From sequence record LC768462.1: 64,000 nucleotides of DNA. One strand, written 5' to 3'. Positions 8,625 to 17,280 of the stretch are shown here, one piece after another; position 1 is the first letter of the stretch, and each line of letters begins with the position of its first letter. Origin of the DNA: Escherichia phage phiEc_1. The notes beneath the pieces were generated by a model, which searched no databases, had not been told where the DNA came from, and saw nothing but the letters and a program-made list of their open reading frames with translations. The position numbers and the translations under genes are program-made.

Positions 8625-8793
8625 GCAAATAATCAAACATACGCAAGCTGGTTACTCTTATGTCAACTCTCCTTGCTGCGGTGCTCGTATTAGTCTGGTT
8701 AAGGAAGAGGTTCGTATTGTTCAGCGTGGCGCTACTGTTGTTCGTTCATGCTGTGTCTGTGGTAATGACATTTTTATCAAAGGTAAAGTATGA
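8617..8793 (+). CDS. small Cys-rich (zinc-ribbon-like) protein
   Basis: 58 codons; CC...CCxC pairs; overlaps neighbours. Confidence 0.4.
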   Translation: MSKQIIKHTQAGYSYVNSPCCGARISLVKEEVRIVQRGATVVRSCCVCGNDIFIKGKV

Positions 8794-9041
8794 AAAACTT
8801 CCAAGCTGCACCAATCACTAAAGTGATCGAAGTTGATGGTATAATGATGACTGTTCCTCTGAACACTCGTTACATTGCAATTGACAAGATGGGTTATGTA
8901 TGGGCTTGGAAGATCAAGCCTAGTTATAACGCATTGTTTGATGAGTTTGTTTGTACTGGAACTTACAGTCCCACATTCTTAGGTTTATTTGGAGAATTTG
9001 ATGGTAAGCATAAAATCATCACACTCCCTGCTTGTGCTTGA
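8790..9041 (+). CDS. hypothetical protein
   Basis: ORF track; ATGA overlap. Confidence 0.5.
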   Translation: MKNFQAAPITKVIEVDGIMMTVPLNTRYIAIDKMGYVWAWKIKPSYNALFDEFVCTGTYSPTFLGLFGEFDGKHKIITLPACA

Positions 9042-9048
9042 GGTTAAT

Positions 9049-9282
9049 ATGAAAGGAAAAGAGGTTAAATATTTTGGCGAAGTTGTTAAAGTGGACAGCT
9101 CTATAAGATATTTAGCAACTGATAGCAACGGCGAGGTATATGGGTTTACCCATAAGCCAGAAATTCGTGGGTATGCTTGGGCACTTCCTTATGGGACTCC
9201 GTTCGAGACGGGAGGAGCTGTTTATCTTAACGATAATGGACCTCTGTTTGCATGGAAAACATCTCTCGTTGAGGTGGTGTAA
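9049..9282 (+). CDS. hypothetical protein
   Basis: ORF track frame; ATG 9049 after GAGG. Confidence 0.5.
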   Translation: MKGKEVKYFGEVVKVDSSIRYLATDSNGEVYGFTHKPEIRGYAWALPYGTPFETGGAVYLNDNGPLFAWKTSLVEVV

Positions 9283-9284
9283 TT

Positions 9285-9449
9285 ATGTTCAAGTGGTTTA
9301 AACGTCTATTCCATCTGCATGATTGGGAGACAATAAAAGAAATTCGTTTACACATATATAATGAGATCGGTCAAATAGAAGACACAGGTACTCGTTATAT
9401 ACTTCGATGTAAAACATGTGGTCATATCACCAAACGAGATATGATCTAA
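9285..9449 (+). CDS. small protein with C-terminal CxxC
   Basis: GAGGTGG SD then ATG 9285; 54 codons. Confidence 0.4.
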   Translation: MFKWFKRLFHLHDWETIKEIRLHIYNEIGQIEDTGTRYILRCKTCGHITKRDMI

Positions 9450-9456
9450 ATCTTAT

Positions 9457-9532
9457 GCGCTCTTAGCTCAATGGATAGAGCAGTAGCCTTCTAAGCTATT
9501 GGTTACAGGTTCGAGTCCTGTAGGGCGCACCA
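9457..9532 (+). tRNA. tRNA-Arg(UCU): tRNA-Arg (anticodon UCU, reads AGA), encoded CCA
   Basis: Cloverleaf folded by hand: 7-bp acceptor stem, D stem GCTC/GAGC, anticodon loop CTTCTAA, T arm ACAGG-TTCGAGT-CCTGT, discriminator A, CCA. Confidence 0.9.
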
Positions 9533-9551
9533 AATCTAATAGGAGGTAATT

Positions 9552-9851
9552 ATGAGTTGGGGTGGTGTAATATCCTTAATCTGTATCTTCCTTGTCTGCA
9601 TAGCCCTTACAGGCTGCGTACAGAGCCGTCCTGATGGATGGTGTGCAGTAGCAGTGGAAGGTGTTTGTGTTTCTCGCTGGCATAAGGGTGAGAAGATTCC
9701 TTCTGGTGAAATTGATATGCGATGGAACGGAGCAACCTGTTCTAATGCTAACCCTTCTATCAACGAAGAGAAGTCTACACCGGATAATGTTGTTATTGAT
9801 ACAGCATTGTGGTGTGGTGGCTCTACGATTACAACCGGTAAGGAGTGGTGA
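9552..9851 (+). CDS. lipoprotein (Cys-rich)
   Basis: AGGAGG SD; signal peptide with lipobox LTGC (LICIFLVCIALTGC). Confidence 0.65.
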   Translation: MSWGGVISLICIFLVCIALTGCVQSRPDGWCAVAVEGVCVSRWHKGEKIPSGEIDMRWNGATCSNANPSINEEKSTPDNVVIDTALWCGGSTITTGKEW

Positions 9852-9852
9852 T

Positions 9853-10050
9853 ATGAATTACACATCTACAAAGGTGTTAATTGATTCGATTAATAACTCC
9901 TCAGAAACTGTACAGGAGCGTTTAATACAAGATGTTAGCAATGACATTAAGTTCTTTGTTAAGAGCCGCCTGTTAGGTTCTAAGGCTTATTACAGAGCTA
10001 AAGCAGAGCTTACAAAGAGGATGTTTCTTTTACATGGTTTGGTATATTAA
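9853..10050 (+). CDS. hypothetical protein
   Basis: ATG 9853 with AAGGAG upstream; same frame as track ORF 9661..10050 but non-overlapping start. Confidence 0.5.
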   Translation: MNYTSTKVLIDSINNSSETVQERLIQDVSNDIKFFVKSRLLGSKAYYRAKAELTKRMFLLHGLVY

Positions 10051-10059
10051 GGAACTTAT

Positions 10060-10281
10060 ATGAAACTAGACTCTAAGCAGTCACTTAAAACTGTTGAATT
10101 GTCCACGCTGCCAAACGGAAGTATTTTTGGTCATGATAAACACTTCTGGATTAAAACAGACATCATAGACGATGGATATATCACCTGTGTCAATCTTTGG
10201 AACGGCTCAGTGGATGGCTATCGCCCTAGTGCAAAAGTAGTCCCTCAGCCTGATGCAAAGGCTACAGGTTTAGTTTACTAA
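10060..10281 (+). CDS. small early protein, paralog family A
   Basis: ORF track; PNGSIF...FW...NLWNGSV...VPQPD. Confidence 0.55.
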   Translation: MKLDSKQSLKTVELSTLPNGSIFGHDKHFWIKTDIIDDGYITCVNLWNGSVDGYRPSAKVVPQPDAKATGLVY

Positions 10282-10290
10282 GGAGCCTGT

Positions 10291-10464
10291 ATGAGTTGTT
10301 TTGGTGGCGGTGAAGTAGATGACGATGATGACATGGAATCCAACGGTACATGTCCTGATTGTGGATGTGAGACGTTTGATGGGGTGTCTGTTTATCCTGC
10401 CTGTAGTTACTCACCAGTGATCTGTAAAACATGTGGTGATCAGCCGTGTGACCAATCTTGTTAA
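10291..10464 (+). CDS. small acidic Cys-rich (zinc-ribbon-like) protein
   Basis: AAGGAG SD; CPDCGC...CKTCGD. Confidence 0.4.
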   Translation: MSCFGGGEVDDDDDMESNGTCPDCGCETFDGVSVYPACSYSPVICKTCGDQPCDQSC

Positions 10465-10473
10465 GAGAATCTT

Positions 10474-10605
10474 ATGACTGAAGAATTTTTAGAGTGGTTT
10501 GGGAACACCTTCAAAGATTATCTATTCTCTCCAGAAGACTTTGAAGAACTGAAAACCTACACTTGGTTGGCTTGGAGAGATAGCCGACGAAAGTTGAACA
10601 AGTAA
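10474..10605 (+). CDS. small protein (43 aa)
   Basis: Short ORF between neighbours; weak support. Confidence 0.25.
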   Translation: MTEEFLEWFGNTFKDYLFSPEDFEELKTYTWLAWRDSRRKLNK

Positions 10606-10616
10606 GAGACGATTAA

Positions 10617-10874
10617 ATGGGTTTACTTGATATTTTTATCTCAGTTTACTTTATTGGAGTATTCCTTTCTGTCTTAGTGATGAAACTGCTATACAAGAAA
10701 GGTCTACTAAAAGGGGTCATTACAACAGGGTCTACCAGCTCTGAACCTGATGAGATGATGGTTGTTCTCTTAATTGTGTTGTGGCCTATCTCAATACTGT
10801 CAGGAGTTTTTTATCCAATAGGTTGGCTTCTGTTTAAAGCATATGATGCAGTTATGCATTTTATCTTTAAGTAA
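10617..10874 (+). CDS. membrane protein (two TM helices)
   Basis: ORF track; two hydrophobic segments. Confidence 0.55.
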   Translation: MGLLDIFISVYFIGVFLSVLVMKLLYKKGLLKGVITTGSTSSEPDEMMVVLLIVLWPISILSGVFYPIGWLLFKAYDAVMHFIFK

Positions 10875-11164
10875 TATCGTGAAGGATTCTTACGAGAGTC
10901 CTTTGAGATAGGACTTCAGATCTCCTATCAAACTAACATTCATGTAACTAGCCCATAAGGGCGTTACCCTTTAATAACCCAGCCCACTAAGGGGGCGGGA
11001 GTTTAGTGCTGGATTAGCATAACGCTTATTCCTACAAAGGCAACCGATTGTTAGATCTTACATGCAATATTAACTAATAGGATAAGGGAGGATTCGTCCC
11101 CTCCCCCTATTTTATTGAATCTTTATCTAAGCAAGTCTTATATAAACGTTTAATTGGAGGATGT

Positions 11165-11476
11165 ATGAAAGCACGAAGAACTATATGGACTCCGATGCAG
11201 ATTGAAAATCTTCGGAGACTGATCAAAGAGTACTCGGTTCAAGAAGTTGCTCAGATTATGAATGTAACGGAGAATGCTGTTAACACAGCTTGCACTAAAT
11301 TCGGAATATCAAGAGCTTCAATCCGAGTCAAGTGGTCTAAAGAAGAAGATCAGTTCCTTATCCGTAATGCCGGGTTTATGTCTATTCAGAGAATGGCTGA
11401 CATGCTTGGTAGAAGTTATGCTGCTGTACAGAACAGGGCATGTATGCACCTTAATATTAGCCTCAAACTTAAATAG
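11165..11476 (+). CDS. DNA-binding protein with two tandem HTH-like repeats
   Basis: Internal repeat W-[ST]-x-E-x-[LI]...S...A...G-[RI]-S. Confidence 0.5.
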   Translation: MKARRTIWTPMQIENLRRLIKEYSVQEVAQIMNVTENAVNTACTKFGISRASIRVKWSKEEDQFLIRNAGFMSIQRMADMLGRSYAAVQNRACMHLNISLKLK

Positions 11477-11484
11477 GAATCAAT

Positions 11485-11733
11485 ATGAAGATTACTCACA
11501 AGAAAGAAGAAGTGTCCACGGTTGATATCAACTCTCTTCCTAGTGGAGCAGTATTTAAATTCCCTGAGAGTTCTACTCTCTATGTCAAAGGGTCTGTGTC
11601 TGAAAGTCCTAATGTAACCGTTAACTCCGATCGAGCAATCACTCTTCGTCTATCTGATGGTAACGTAACAGCCCCTTCTATCTGGTGCCGAGTTGTCCCT
11701 GTATCGGCAGAACTTTTGGTGGATAATACATAA
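11485..11733 (+). CDS. small early protein, paralog family A
   Basis: ORF track; family pattern. Confidence 0.55.
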   Translation: MKITHKKEEVSTVDINSLPSGAVFKFPESSTLYVKGSVSESPNVTVNSDRAITLRLSDGNVTAPSIWCRVVPVSAELLVDNT

Positions 11734-11978
11734 TGAAAATCATCCCAAAGAAAAAGGATAATACGGTTCGATTGGAAACAATCATTCCCGGAAACCCCTT
11801 CGTAGTTCAGCACGGAAGTGCCTCTCCTCAGTATTATATGAGGGTTGAAAATGCTTCTGGTAACATCCGTATAGCCAGTGGCTGGGTTCCTGTAGTAAAT
11901 CTATCCACAGGTGCACTGTCTGTTAAAGGTCTTGATGATCAGGTAGAAATGATTCGTATGTCTGTGGTTCAGGAGTGA
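11733..11978 (+). CDS. small early protein, paralog family A
   Basis: ORF track; family pattern. Confidence 0.55.
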   Translation: MKIIPKKKDNTVRLETIIPGNPFVVQHGSASPQYYMRVENASGNIRIASGWVPVVNLSTGALSVKGLDDQVEMIRMSVVQE

Positions 11979-12226
11979 GAATGAGCACGATACATATTAA
12001 GGTTCACAACAAAGAAAAAAAGAAACTCTTTGTTAAAGATCTGTCAACCGCTGACATCTTTACTTTAAAAGATGATGACAGTCAGGTCATTTATTTGATG
12101 ATGCCTCTATCTGGTGGATATCGCAGAGCAGTTAATTTAGGTACAGGCGAACCTCGTCCTGTTTCTGACACTCTTGAAGTTGGCGAGAAGTTTGCCAAAG
12201 CAGAGATCATCTTAACTCCGATGTAA
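11975..12226 (+). CDS. small early protein, paralog family A
   Basis: ORF track; family pattern. Confidence 0.55.
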   Translation: MRMSTIHIKVHNKEKKKLFVKDLSTADIFTLKDDDSQVIYLMMPLSGGYRRAVNLGTGEPRPVSDTLEVGEKFAKAEIILTPM

Positions 12227-12459
12227 GGGTAAGTAAGTGAAAACAAAAGCATATTCTTATGATGATATGATCAACCAGAAAGGCTTCGGTCAACGCCAGC
12301 CTGACGGTTCAATTATCTGGTTTGTAAACGGACAGAAAAAGGTAGCTAAATAAGCCCTCTTCTCTCCTCCTTTTAGTACTATGACGCCTCTCTGTGGGCG
12401 GCCCAATTTGCGTAGGGAATTCCCTCTACGCAGCCATGACTTTTTAAGGAATTTCCCCT

Positions 12460-12693
12460 ATGTCTAAAGTAAGTGCAATTGATGCAATCCGTCAACCGTT
12501 CCAGTTCCAATCCAAATCAACCCAAACCTTCAGCGAACCTAAGCAAATTCGCTTGGGTGGCACAGAGAAAACTGTGTTCGATCTGGCTAAAAACAAGAGC
12601 GTTACCGTAGTTGATGGTGGCACTCTGGTTAACGTTTCTCATCGCATCCGCACTGGCAAAACTGCCAAAGATCGTGCTAAGAAAGGCGAGTAA
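12460..12693 (+). CDS. hypothetical protein
   Basis: ORF track. Confidence 0.5.
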   Translation: MSKVSAIDAIRQPFQFQSKSTQTFSEPKQIRLGGTEKTVFDLAKNKSVTVVDGGTLVNVSHRIRTGKTAKDRAKKGE

Positions 12694-12908
12694 TGATAAC
12701 ACTTGTGTCGATCGTTTACAGAATACACTACCGTCTAGACAAAGGTAAGACCTATAAGTGCAAGAGTAAGACAGGCAATAGATGCTCTGTAGAAAACAAC
12801 TCTGGTCAATGGGTGGATGTACCTTGTTGTTGGTTCAGGAAAGACTTGACTAACAAAGAAATTGACGAAATCCTTAGTGATGATTTTGTAAAATCAAGTG
12901 ATTTTTAG
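12693..12908 (+). CDS. hypothetical Cys-containing protein
   Basis: ORF track; TAATG overlap. Confidence 0.5.
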   Translation: MITLVSIVYRIHYRLDKGKTYKCKSKTGNRCSVENNSGQWVDVPCCWFRKDLTNKEIDEILSDDFVKSSDF

Positions 12909-13099
12909 TTGTAGTAACGCCTATAGCCTTCTTCGGAGGGCTATGTGAGTTATTCTGACTCAACTAACCTAATCTTAATATATTTCCCGTATGGGGCCGA
13001 TGCTAGGGAGAGGAACATTCCTCGAACATCCGTCGGATAGATATTTTAAGAGCAGGTTATCCACAGATATTGGGTAATATCTTTTTGTATTTAAAGCTT

Positions 13100-13126
13100 G
13101 ACTCTTTTCGGAGAGTCCTTTTTTAA
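13100..13126 (+). terminator. rho-independent terminator (UUCG loop)
   Basis: GACTCTT-TTCG-GAGAGTC then CTTTTTT. Confidence 0.6.
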
Positions 13127-13143
13127 ATTCAACGAGAGGAAAT

Positions 13144-13296
13144 ATGTCTAAATTAGATTTAAAACTGCTAGCAGCAGCGGTAGTGATTTGTGCACTAGCA
13201 CTGGTAACGCAGAGAACATCTGGATTTATTCAGTGTTTCTTTTCTGGGCAATCCACTTATCAGTGGGTTATTGACGAGTGTAAACAACAGGAGTAA
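13144..13296 (+). CDS. small membrane protein (50 aa)
   Basis: GAGAGGAAAT then ATG; hydrophobic core. Confidence 0.4.
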   Translation: MSKLDLKLLAAAVVICALALVTQRTSGFIQCFFSGQSTYQWVIDECKQQE

Positions 13297-13298
13297 GT

Positions 13299-13661
13299 AT
13301 GAATACACGTCCCATCAAGGGCAACGTTAATATTGAAACTCTGAACAAGGTTGCATCAAACCTCGGTGGTATGTCCAACGAAGAGCTTGAGCAAGAACTT
13401 GCTTGGATTGCAAATGGTATCAAGGTTGCTAAAGGTAAGATTGCTCGTGAGCAAAGTAACATGAAAGCTCATAAGTATCTAATCCATCGTGCAAACGTGT
13501 TACCGGAGCGGGTTGTACATCTTGCCCGTAAAAACTACGCAGAAGCAAAGAAAGCTCTGGAAGAAGCTGAGTTCCAGAAGCATCAATTTATGAACAACTA
13601 TCGAAACTTCCGAGATATTCTTTATATTCGTAAGTCGATTGAGTTGATTAAAAACCAATAG
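13299..13661 (+). CDS. hypothetical protein
   Basis: ORF track. Confidence 0.55.
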   Translation: MNTRPIKGNVNIETLNKVASNLGGMSNEELEQELAWIANGIKVAKGKIAREQSNMKAHKYLIHRANVLPERVVHLARKNYAEAKKALEEAEFQKHQFMNNYRNFRDILYIRKSIELIKNQ

Positions 13662-13672
13662 AGGTTGGTATA

Positions 13673-14872
13673 ATGTTTCCAGTAACATTAGAAGATACTG
13701 AAGGTAATGTTTTAACAGTCAACCCTCCTTGTTATGGGTTCCTTCAGCTTCGCAACTATAACGGTGGCGTTGATGAAGACGATGAAGAGTATGATGACTA
13801 CTTCGACCCTAACATGTATGAGGCAACTCATGGATGGAATATGCACGTTCGAGTGTGGCATGAAGAAGCTAACGTTCGTAGTGCTGATGGGGAAGAGTTC
13901 CTGTTAAGCCGAGAGATGGATATGTGTAAAATCAAGCATATCTGGAACTCTGGAACTCATATGAAGATGTTAGGTTTTAGACGTTGGCGTGATGAAAAGC
14001 ATGTAGCTGAAGCTTTAAGTTGGTGTTCGTATGAAGATGAAGACACGCCCCCTAAGAACAACATCGAACGTTGGAACGACAAAAACCCTGAGCATCGAAC
14101 CACACCTCGTGCTGTACTGGAAGCTATGGAAGCATTTGTGGACAAAGATCGTCCCTCCTGTTTACGCTGGCACGATAAAGGTTTTATGGGGGTAGCAACT
14201 GAGAATATCCCTGCTGATCGTTGTCTGTTCTATTTGATGTTAGACCGAATCTTCTATTGTGAAGATGAAGAGAGTCAAGTTGAAACCTTCCTCCATAAAT
14301 GGTTGGTTGAAGGCTGGACAATCCTTCAGGCTTATGTTTACTCACGAATGGTTAGCACTTACACTAACCTCTTAGGGGAAACGAAAGCAACTCTGGTTGG
14401 TAATGATTGGGATGCTTGTATCTTCCCAGCGTCGCTGTTTACAGTTGGCATGGCTAATAAATACGCTGAAGCATTTCAAGTGCCTTGGCGTCAACAGTCA
14501 TATAGAGATGGATGCGGTCATTTCCGTGATGAAGACTTTAAGTGGATTCATTACGAGAATGATGAAACAGCAGAATTACGAGTTAACAACTCAATGTTCT
14601 TGCCAGTGATGCACCCCGATCTAGTAAAAGACGGGTCAGAGACACTTAAAGGTGATAATCTTTTGGTTAACTTTACCCGTCGCGTGTCTAAAAATGAGAA
14701 AACAGCTAACAGGTTAATCTACGGCATTCGTGCCGAGGCTAAAGACCTGTTCAACATCTACAACATCATTCAGCGATTTAGTAGTGGAACTCTGGACCAA
14801 AGTTCGGAGTATTCAGTGATTCCGTCCTCTGAGTGGGATGGTATTATGAGCGGATTATTTTTAGGAAAATAA
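13673..14872 (+). CDS. acidic hypothetical protein (first gene of enzyme cluster)
   Basis: ORF track; GAGG SD. Confidence 0.6.
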   Translation: MFPVTLEDTEGNVLTVNPPCYGFLQLRNYNGGVDEDDEEYDDYFDPNMYEATHGWNMHVRVWHEEANVRSADGEEFLLSREMDMCKIKHIWNSGTHMKMLGFRRWRDEKHVAEALSWCSYEDEDTPPKNNIERWNDKNPEHRTTPRAVLEAMEAFVDKDRPSCLRWHDKGFMGVATENIPADRCLFYLMLDRIFYCEDEESQVETFLHKWLVEGWTILQAYVYSRMVSTYTNLLGETKATLVGNDWDACIFPASLFTVGMANKYAEAFQVPWRQQSYRDGCGHFRDEDFKWIHYENDETAELRVNNSMFLPVMHPDLVKDGSETLKGDNLLVNFTRRVSKNEKTANRLIYGIRAEAKDLFNIYNIIQRFSSGTLDQSSEYSVIPSSEWDGIMSGLFLGK

Positions 14873-14882
14873 AAGGTTAGTT

Positions 14883-15854
14883 ATGTCAATCTCCACAACG
14901 ATCGTACCTCTTAATCTTCAACAGGATTTAGGGGAACAGAAGTTCTTAGGTCGTGGGTGCTTCGGTATCCACAACTACATGCAAGGTCAAGTCGTATATG
15001 ATGTTAATGACGAATGTGTAATGGAAGATGGGCGCCATAAACGCTTCAACCGTGACATTAACTTGCAATTGGAGATGTTGAATTACTGGACCCACTCTTT
15101 TCATGGTCATGTTCCATCTGATATTGAAAAGAACTTGATTGAAACAGCAGACATTATGAATTCTATGTCTTGCTATCGTGATGTATTTACTATCACTTCA
15201 GCGAACAGTGTTGCTGTCAATCTTCGTGAGCATCCAGCAGATCAGATCTTCACAGGACTTATGCTCTTCCGTAGTATTCTGGAAGGGCAATATCGTGGAA
15301 TGGATTTCCTAGCAGAAGGAATTGAAGACAGGGAAGAGTGGCTGAAGCGTAAACGCATCGGCATCGCTCTAGTGTTAGCTGGGTTGGGTCGTGACTTCTT
15401 CGGTGGGTGGTCTCAACGAGGAAGAGCCAATGGGAGTAGCGAGAGCACCTCTATTGTTATTAACAACAATATGTCAGCAGCAGCTTTCCTTCCTTTGGTT
15501 GTAGACTCTGATGAATATACGAAGCAAGTATGGGTTCAAAACCCCTTCGGTGTTGGCGACAATGAGAATGGTTATGTTCGTAACCACAACCAAGATGCCT
15601 TACGAAGATTTGCTCGTGCTAAAGATCAAGACCCAGACGAGTATGAAACAATGTCAGAGTGGTTAAGACTCTGGTCCAACTGTTATGGTCACAAACGTGA
15701 AGCAATAGACGACAAGTTGGGAAACATTACGGTACAAAACTTTACATCCCGACTGATTCAAAGAACTGGAGCAGATTCCGGTCTTACTCTTGAAGAAGTT
15801 GGTAACACAATCTCATCTCTCTTTTCTGAACTAGTGGAGTATTACAATGACTAA
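14883..15854 (+). CDS. hypothetical protein (cluster-associated)
   Basis: ORF track; tightly spaced with neighbours. Confidence 0.6.
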   Translation: MSISTTIVPLNLQQDLGEQKFLGRGCFGIHNYMQGQVVYDVNDECVMEDGRHKRFNRDINLQLEMLNYWTHSFHGHVPSDIEKNLIETADIMNSMSCYRDVFTITSANSVAVNLREHPADQIFTGLMLFRSILEGQYRGMDFLAEGIEDREEWLKRKRIGIALVLAGLGRDFFGGWSQRGRANGSSESTSIVINNNMSAAAFLPLVVDSDEYTKQVWVQNPFGVGDNENGYVRNHNQDALRRFARAKDQDPDEYETMSEWLRLWSNCYGHKREAIDDKLGNITVQNFTSRLIQRTGADSGLTLEEVGNTISSLFSELVEYYND

Positions 15855-16653
15855 GCGCAAATTCCTCATCGGCTCTGACCCTGAAATGTTCGTTCGTACT
15901 AGTAATGGTATCATCACTTCTGTAGCCGGTTTATTAGGCTGCTCTAAGGACGATAAGATCGCTCTGGCTAAGGATGTTCGTCTCCAAGAGGACAACGTAC
16001 TGGCTGAGTTTGATATTGACCCACAGAGCGGTTTTGAAGCGTTTAACGATAACATGCAACGTGGTATTGATCTCACCAATAATGTCCTGAACAAACTGGA
16101 CATGGAAACAGCTCCGGGTGTTAGCTCTCACATCTTCACTGAAGAAGAGATGAAGACCTTTAACGAATCAGCGTTCATCTTCGGGTGCACTCCTGATTTC
16201 AACGCCTTCACTGGTCAGAAAAACCCATCCCCGACTTCTCAGAATAAGGGACTTCGTACTGCCGGTGGTCACGTACATCTTGGCGTAGTTGGTGCTTTGG
16301 ATATCACTCTGCAAACTCAGATGATACTGGGTGTGTTGTGTGACTACTTCCTGTCTCTCCCAGCAGTAATTATGGACAAAGATACTCGCCGTAAAGAACT
16401 CTACGGTAAAGCATCTGCAATCCGTTATAAAGACTATGGTATTGAATACCGCTCTCTGTCTAACTTCTGGATTAGTGATCGTGAAAACCGTAAGTTTGTT
16501 TACGATCAGGTTGACAAGGTTGTTCAGCAGTGTGATATGTCCACTCTGATGGCATTGCACTCTCGCCTTCCGATTGAGAAGCTTCATGAAATCATTAACG
16601 GGAACAACGTTAAAGAAGCTGACCAGCAGATCAAACTCCTTCAGGTAGCATAA
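15847..16653 (+). CDS. putative COOH-NH2 ligase (amidoligase)-like protein
   Basis: GSDPEMF near N-terminus and GGHVHLG motif, reminiscent of phage-type amidoligases; weaker than 17277 call. Confidence 0.4.
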   Translation: MTKRKFLIGSDPEMFVRTSNGIITSVAGLLGCSKDDKIALAKDVRLQEDNVLAEFDIDPQSGFEAFNDNMQRGIDLTNNVLNKLDMETAPGVSSHIFTEEEMKTFNESAFIFGCTPDFNAFTGQKNPSPTSQNKGLRTAGGHVHLGVVGALDITLQTQMILGVLCDYFLSLPAVIMDKDTRRKELYGKASAIRYKDYGIEYRSLSNFWISDRENRKFVYDQVDKVVQQCDMSTLMALHSRLPIEKLHEIINGNNVKEADQQIKLLQVA

Positions 16654-16662
16654 GAGGTTATC

Positions 16663-17280
16663 GTGAGCTTAGTAGCTGATTTTTCTCATTACTATAATGG
16701 TACATGGATTGCTAAACGAGCAGGCAATATCAACCTTCCGTGTTTTGTGATTGGTGTTGAGCAGAGCGGTAACTTCCGCAGCGATGACTTCTCGCATGAA
16801 GCAGAACAGGCTCTGTATTTTGTTGTAGAGCAGTGGTACAAGAATGAGCATGGGAATCTCCGAAACACTACGATGAATATTCCAGTGTTCGACCCAACCT
16901 TGATTCTTGAATCACCTGATGTTGGTTATCTGTTCCATAACGGTAACACTGTAAGCTGGACTCATATCAATCCTGTTCGTCAGAGAGCGAAGGGTTTGAT
17001 GGGTAACAAGATTCGAAACGCTCCTGGGATTGGTCGTTCGATCTCTGGTGAAATGGTTTACAGTCTGTTCAATCCTGAATTTGATGGATTGGTTACTCGT
17101 TATATTTACATCAATCCTACAGATGGTAAAGTGCATTATAAAGGTGCACTGGTAGGTCAGGTAGATCTGGAAGCGCCTCGTGACTCTTACGGTCAACAAC
17201 CGATGCGACTTCTGGAGCATTTTCATCACATCTCTGAAAACCTTAGCAATTATAATATTACGTTGGTGGATTCGTTATGA
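16663..17280 (+). CDS. hypothetical protein (cluster-associated)
   Basis: ORF track. Confidence 0.55.
   Translation: MSLVADFSHYYNGTWIAKRAGNINLPCFVIGVEQSGNFRSDDFSHEAEQALYFVVEQWYKNEHGNLRNTTMNIPVFDPTLILESPDVGYLFHNGNTVSWTHINPVRQRAKGLMGNKIRNAPGIGRSISGEMVYSLFNPEFDGLVTRYIYINPTDGKVHYKGALVGQVDLEAPRDSYGQQPMRLLEHFHHISENLSNYNITLVDSL

Noticed and set aside
9661-9852. N-terminal extension of track ORF 9661..10050
   Set aside because: It overlaps the lipoprotein gene in another frame; ATG 9853 with AAGGAG is the better start.
11274-11525. Track ORF 11274..11525
   Set aside because: Alternative frame inside the HTH-repeat gene 11165..11476.
7775-13012. GCTAGGGAGAG blocks resemble the TATAGGGAGA initiation region of T7-type single-subunit RNAP promoters
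   Set aside because: Only two copies, no upstream T7-like recognition sequence, and no single-subunit RNA polymerase gene in the window; a phage sigma factor is present instead.
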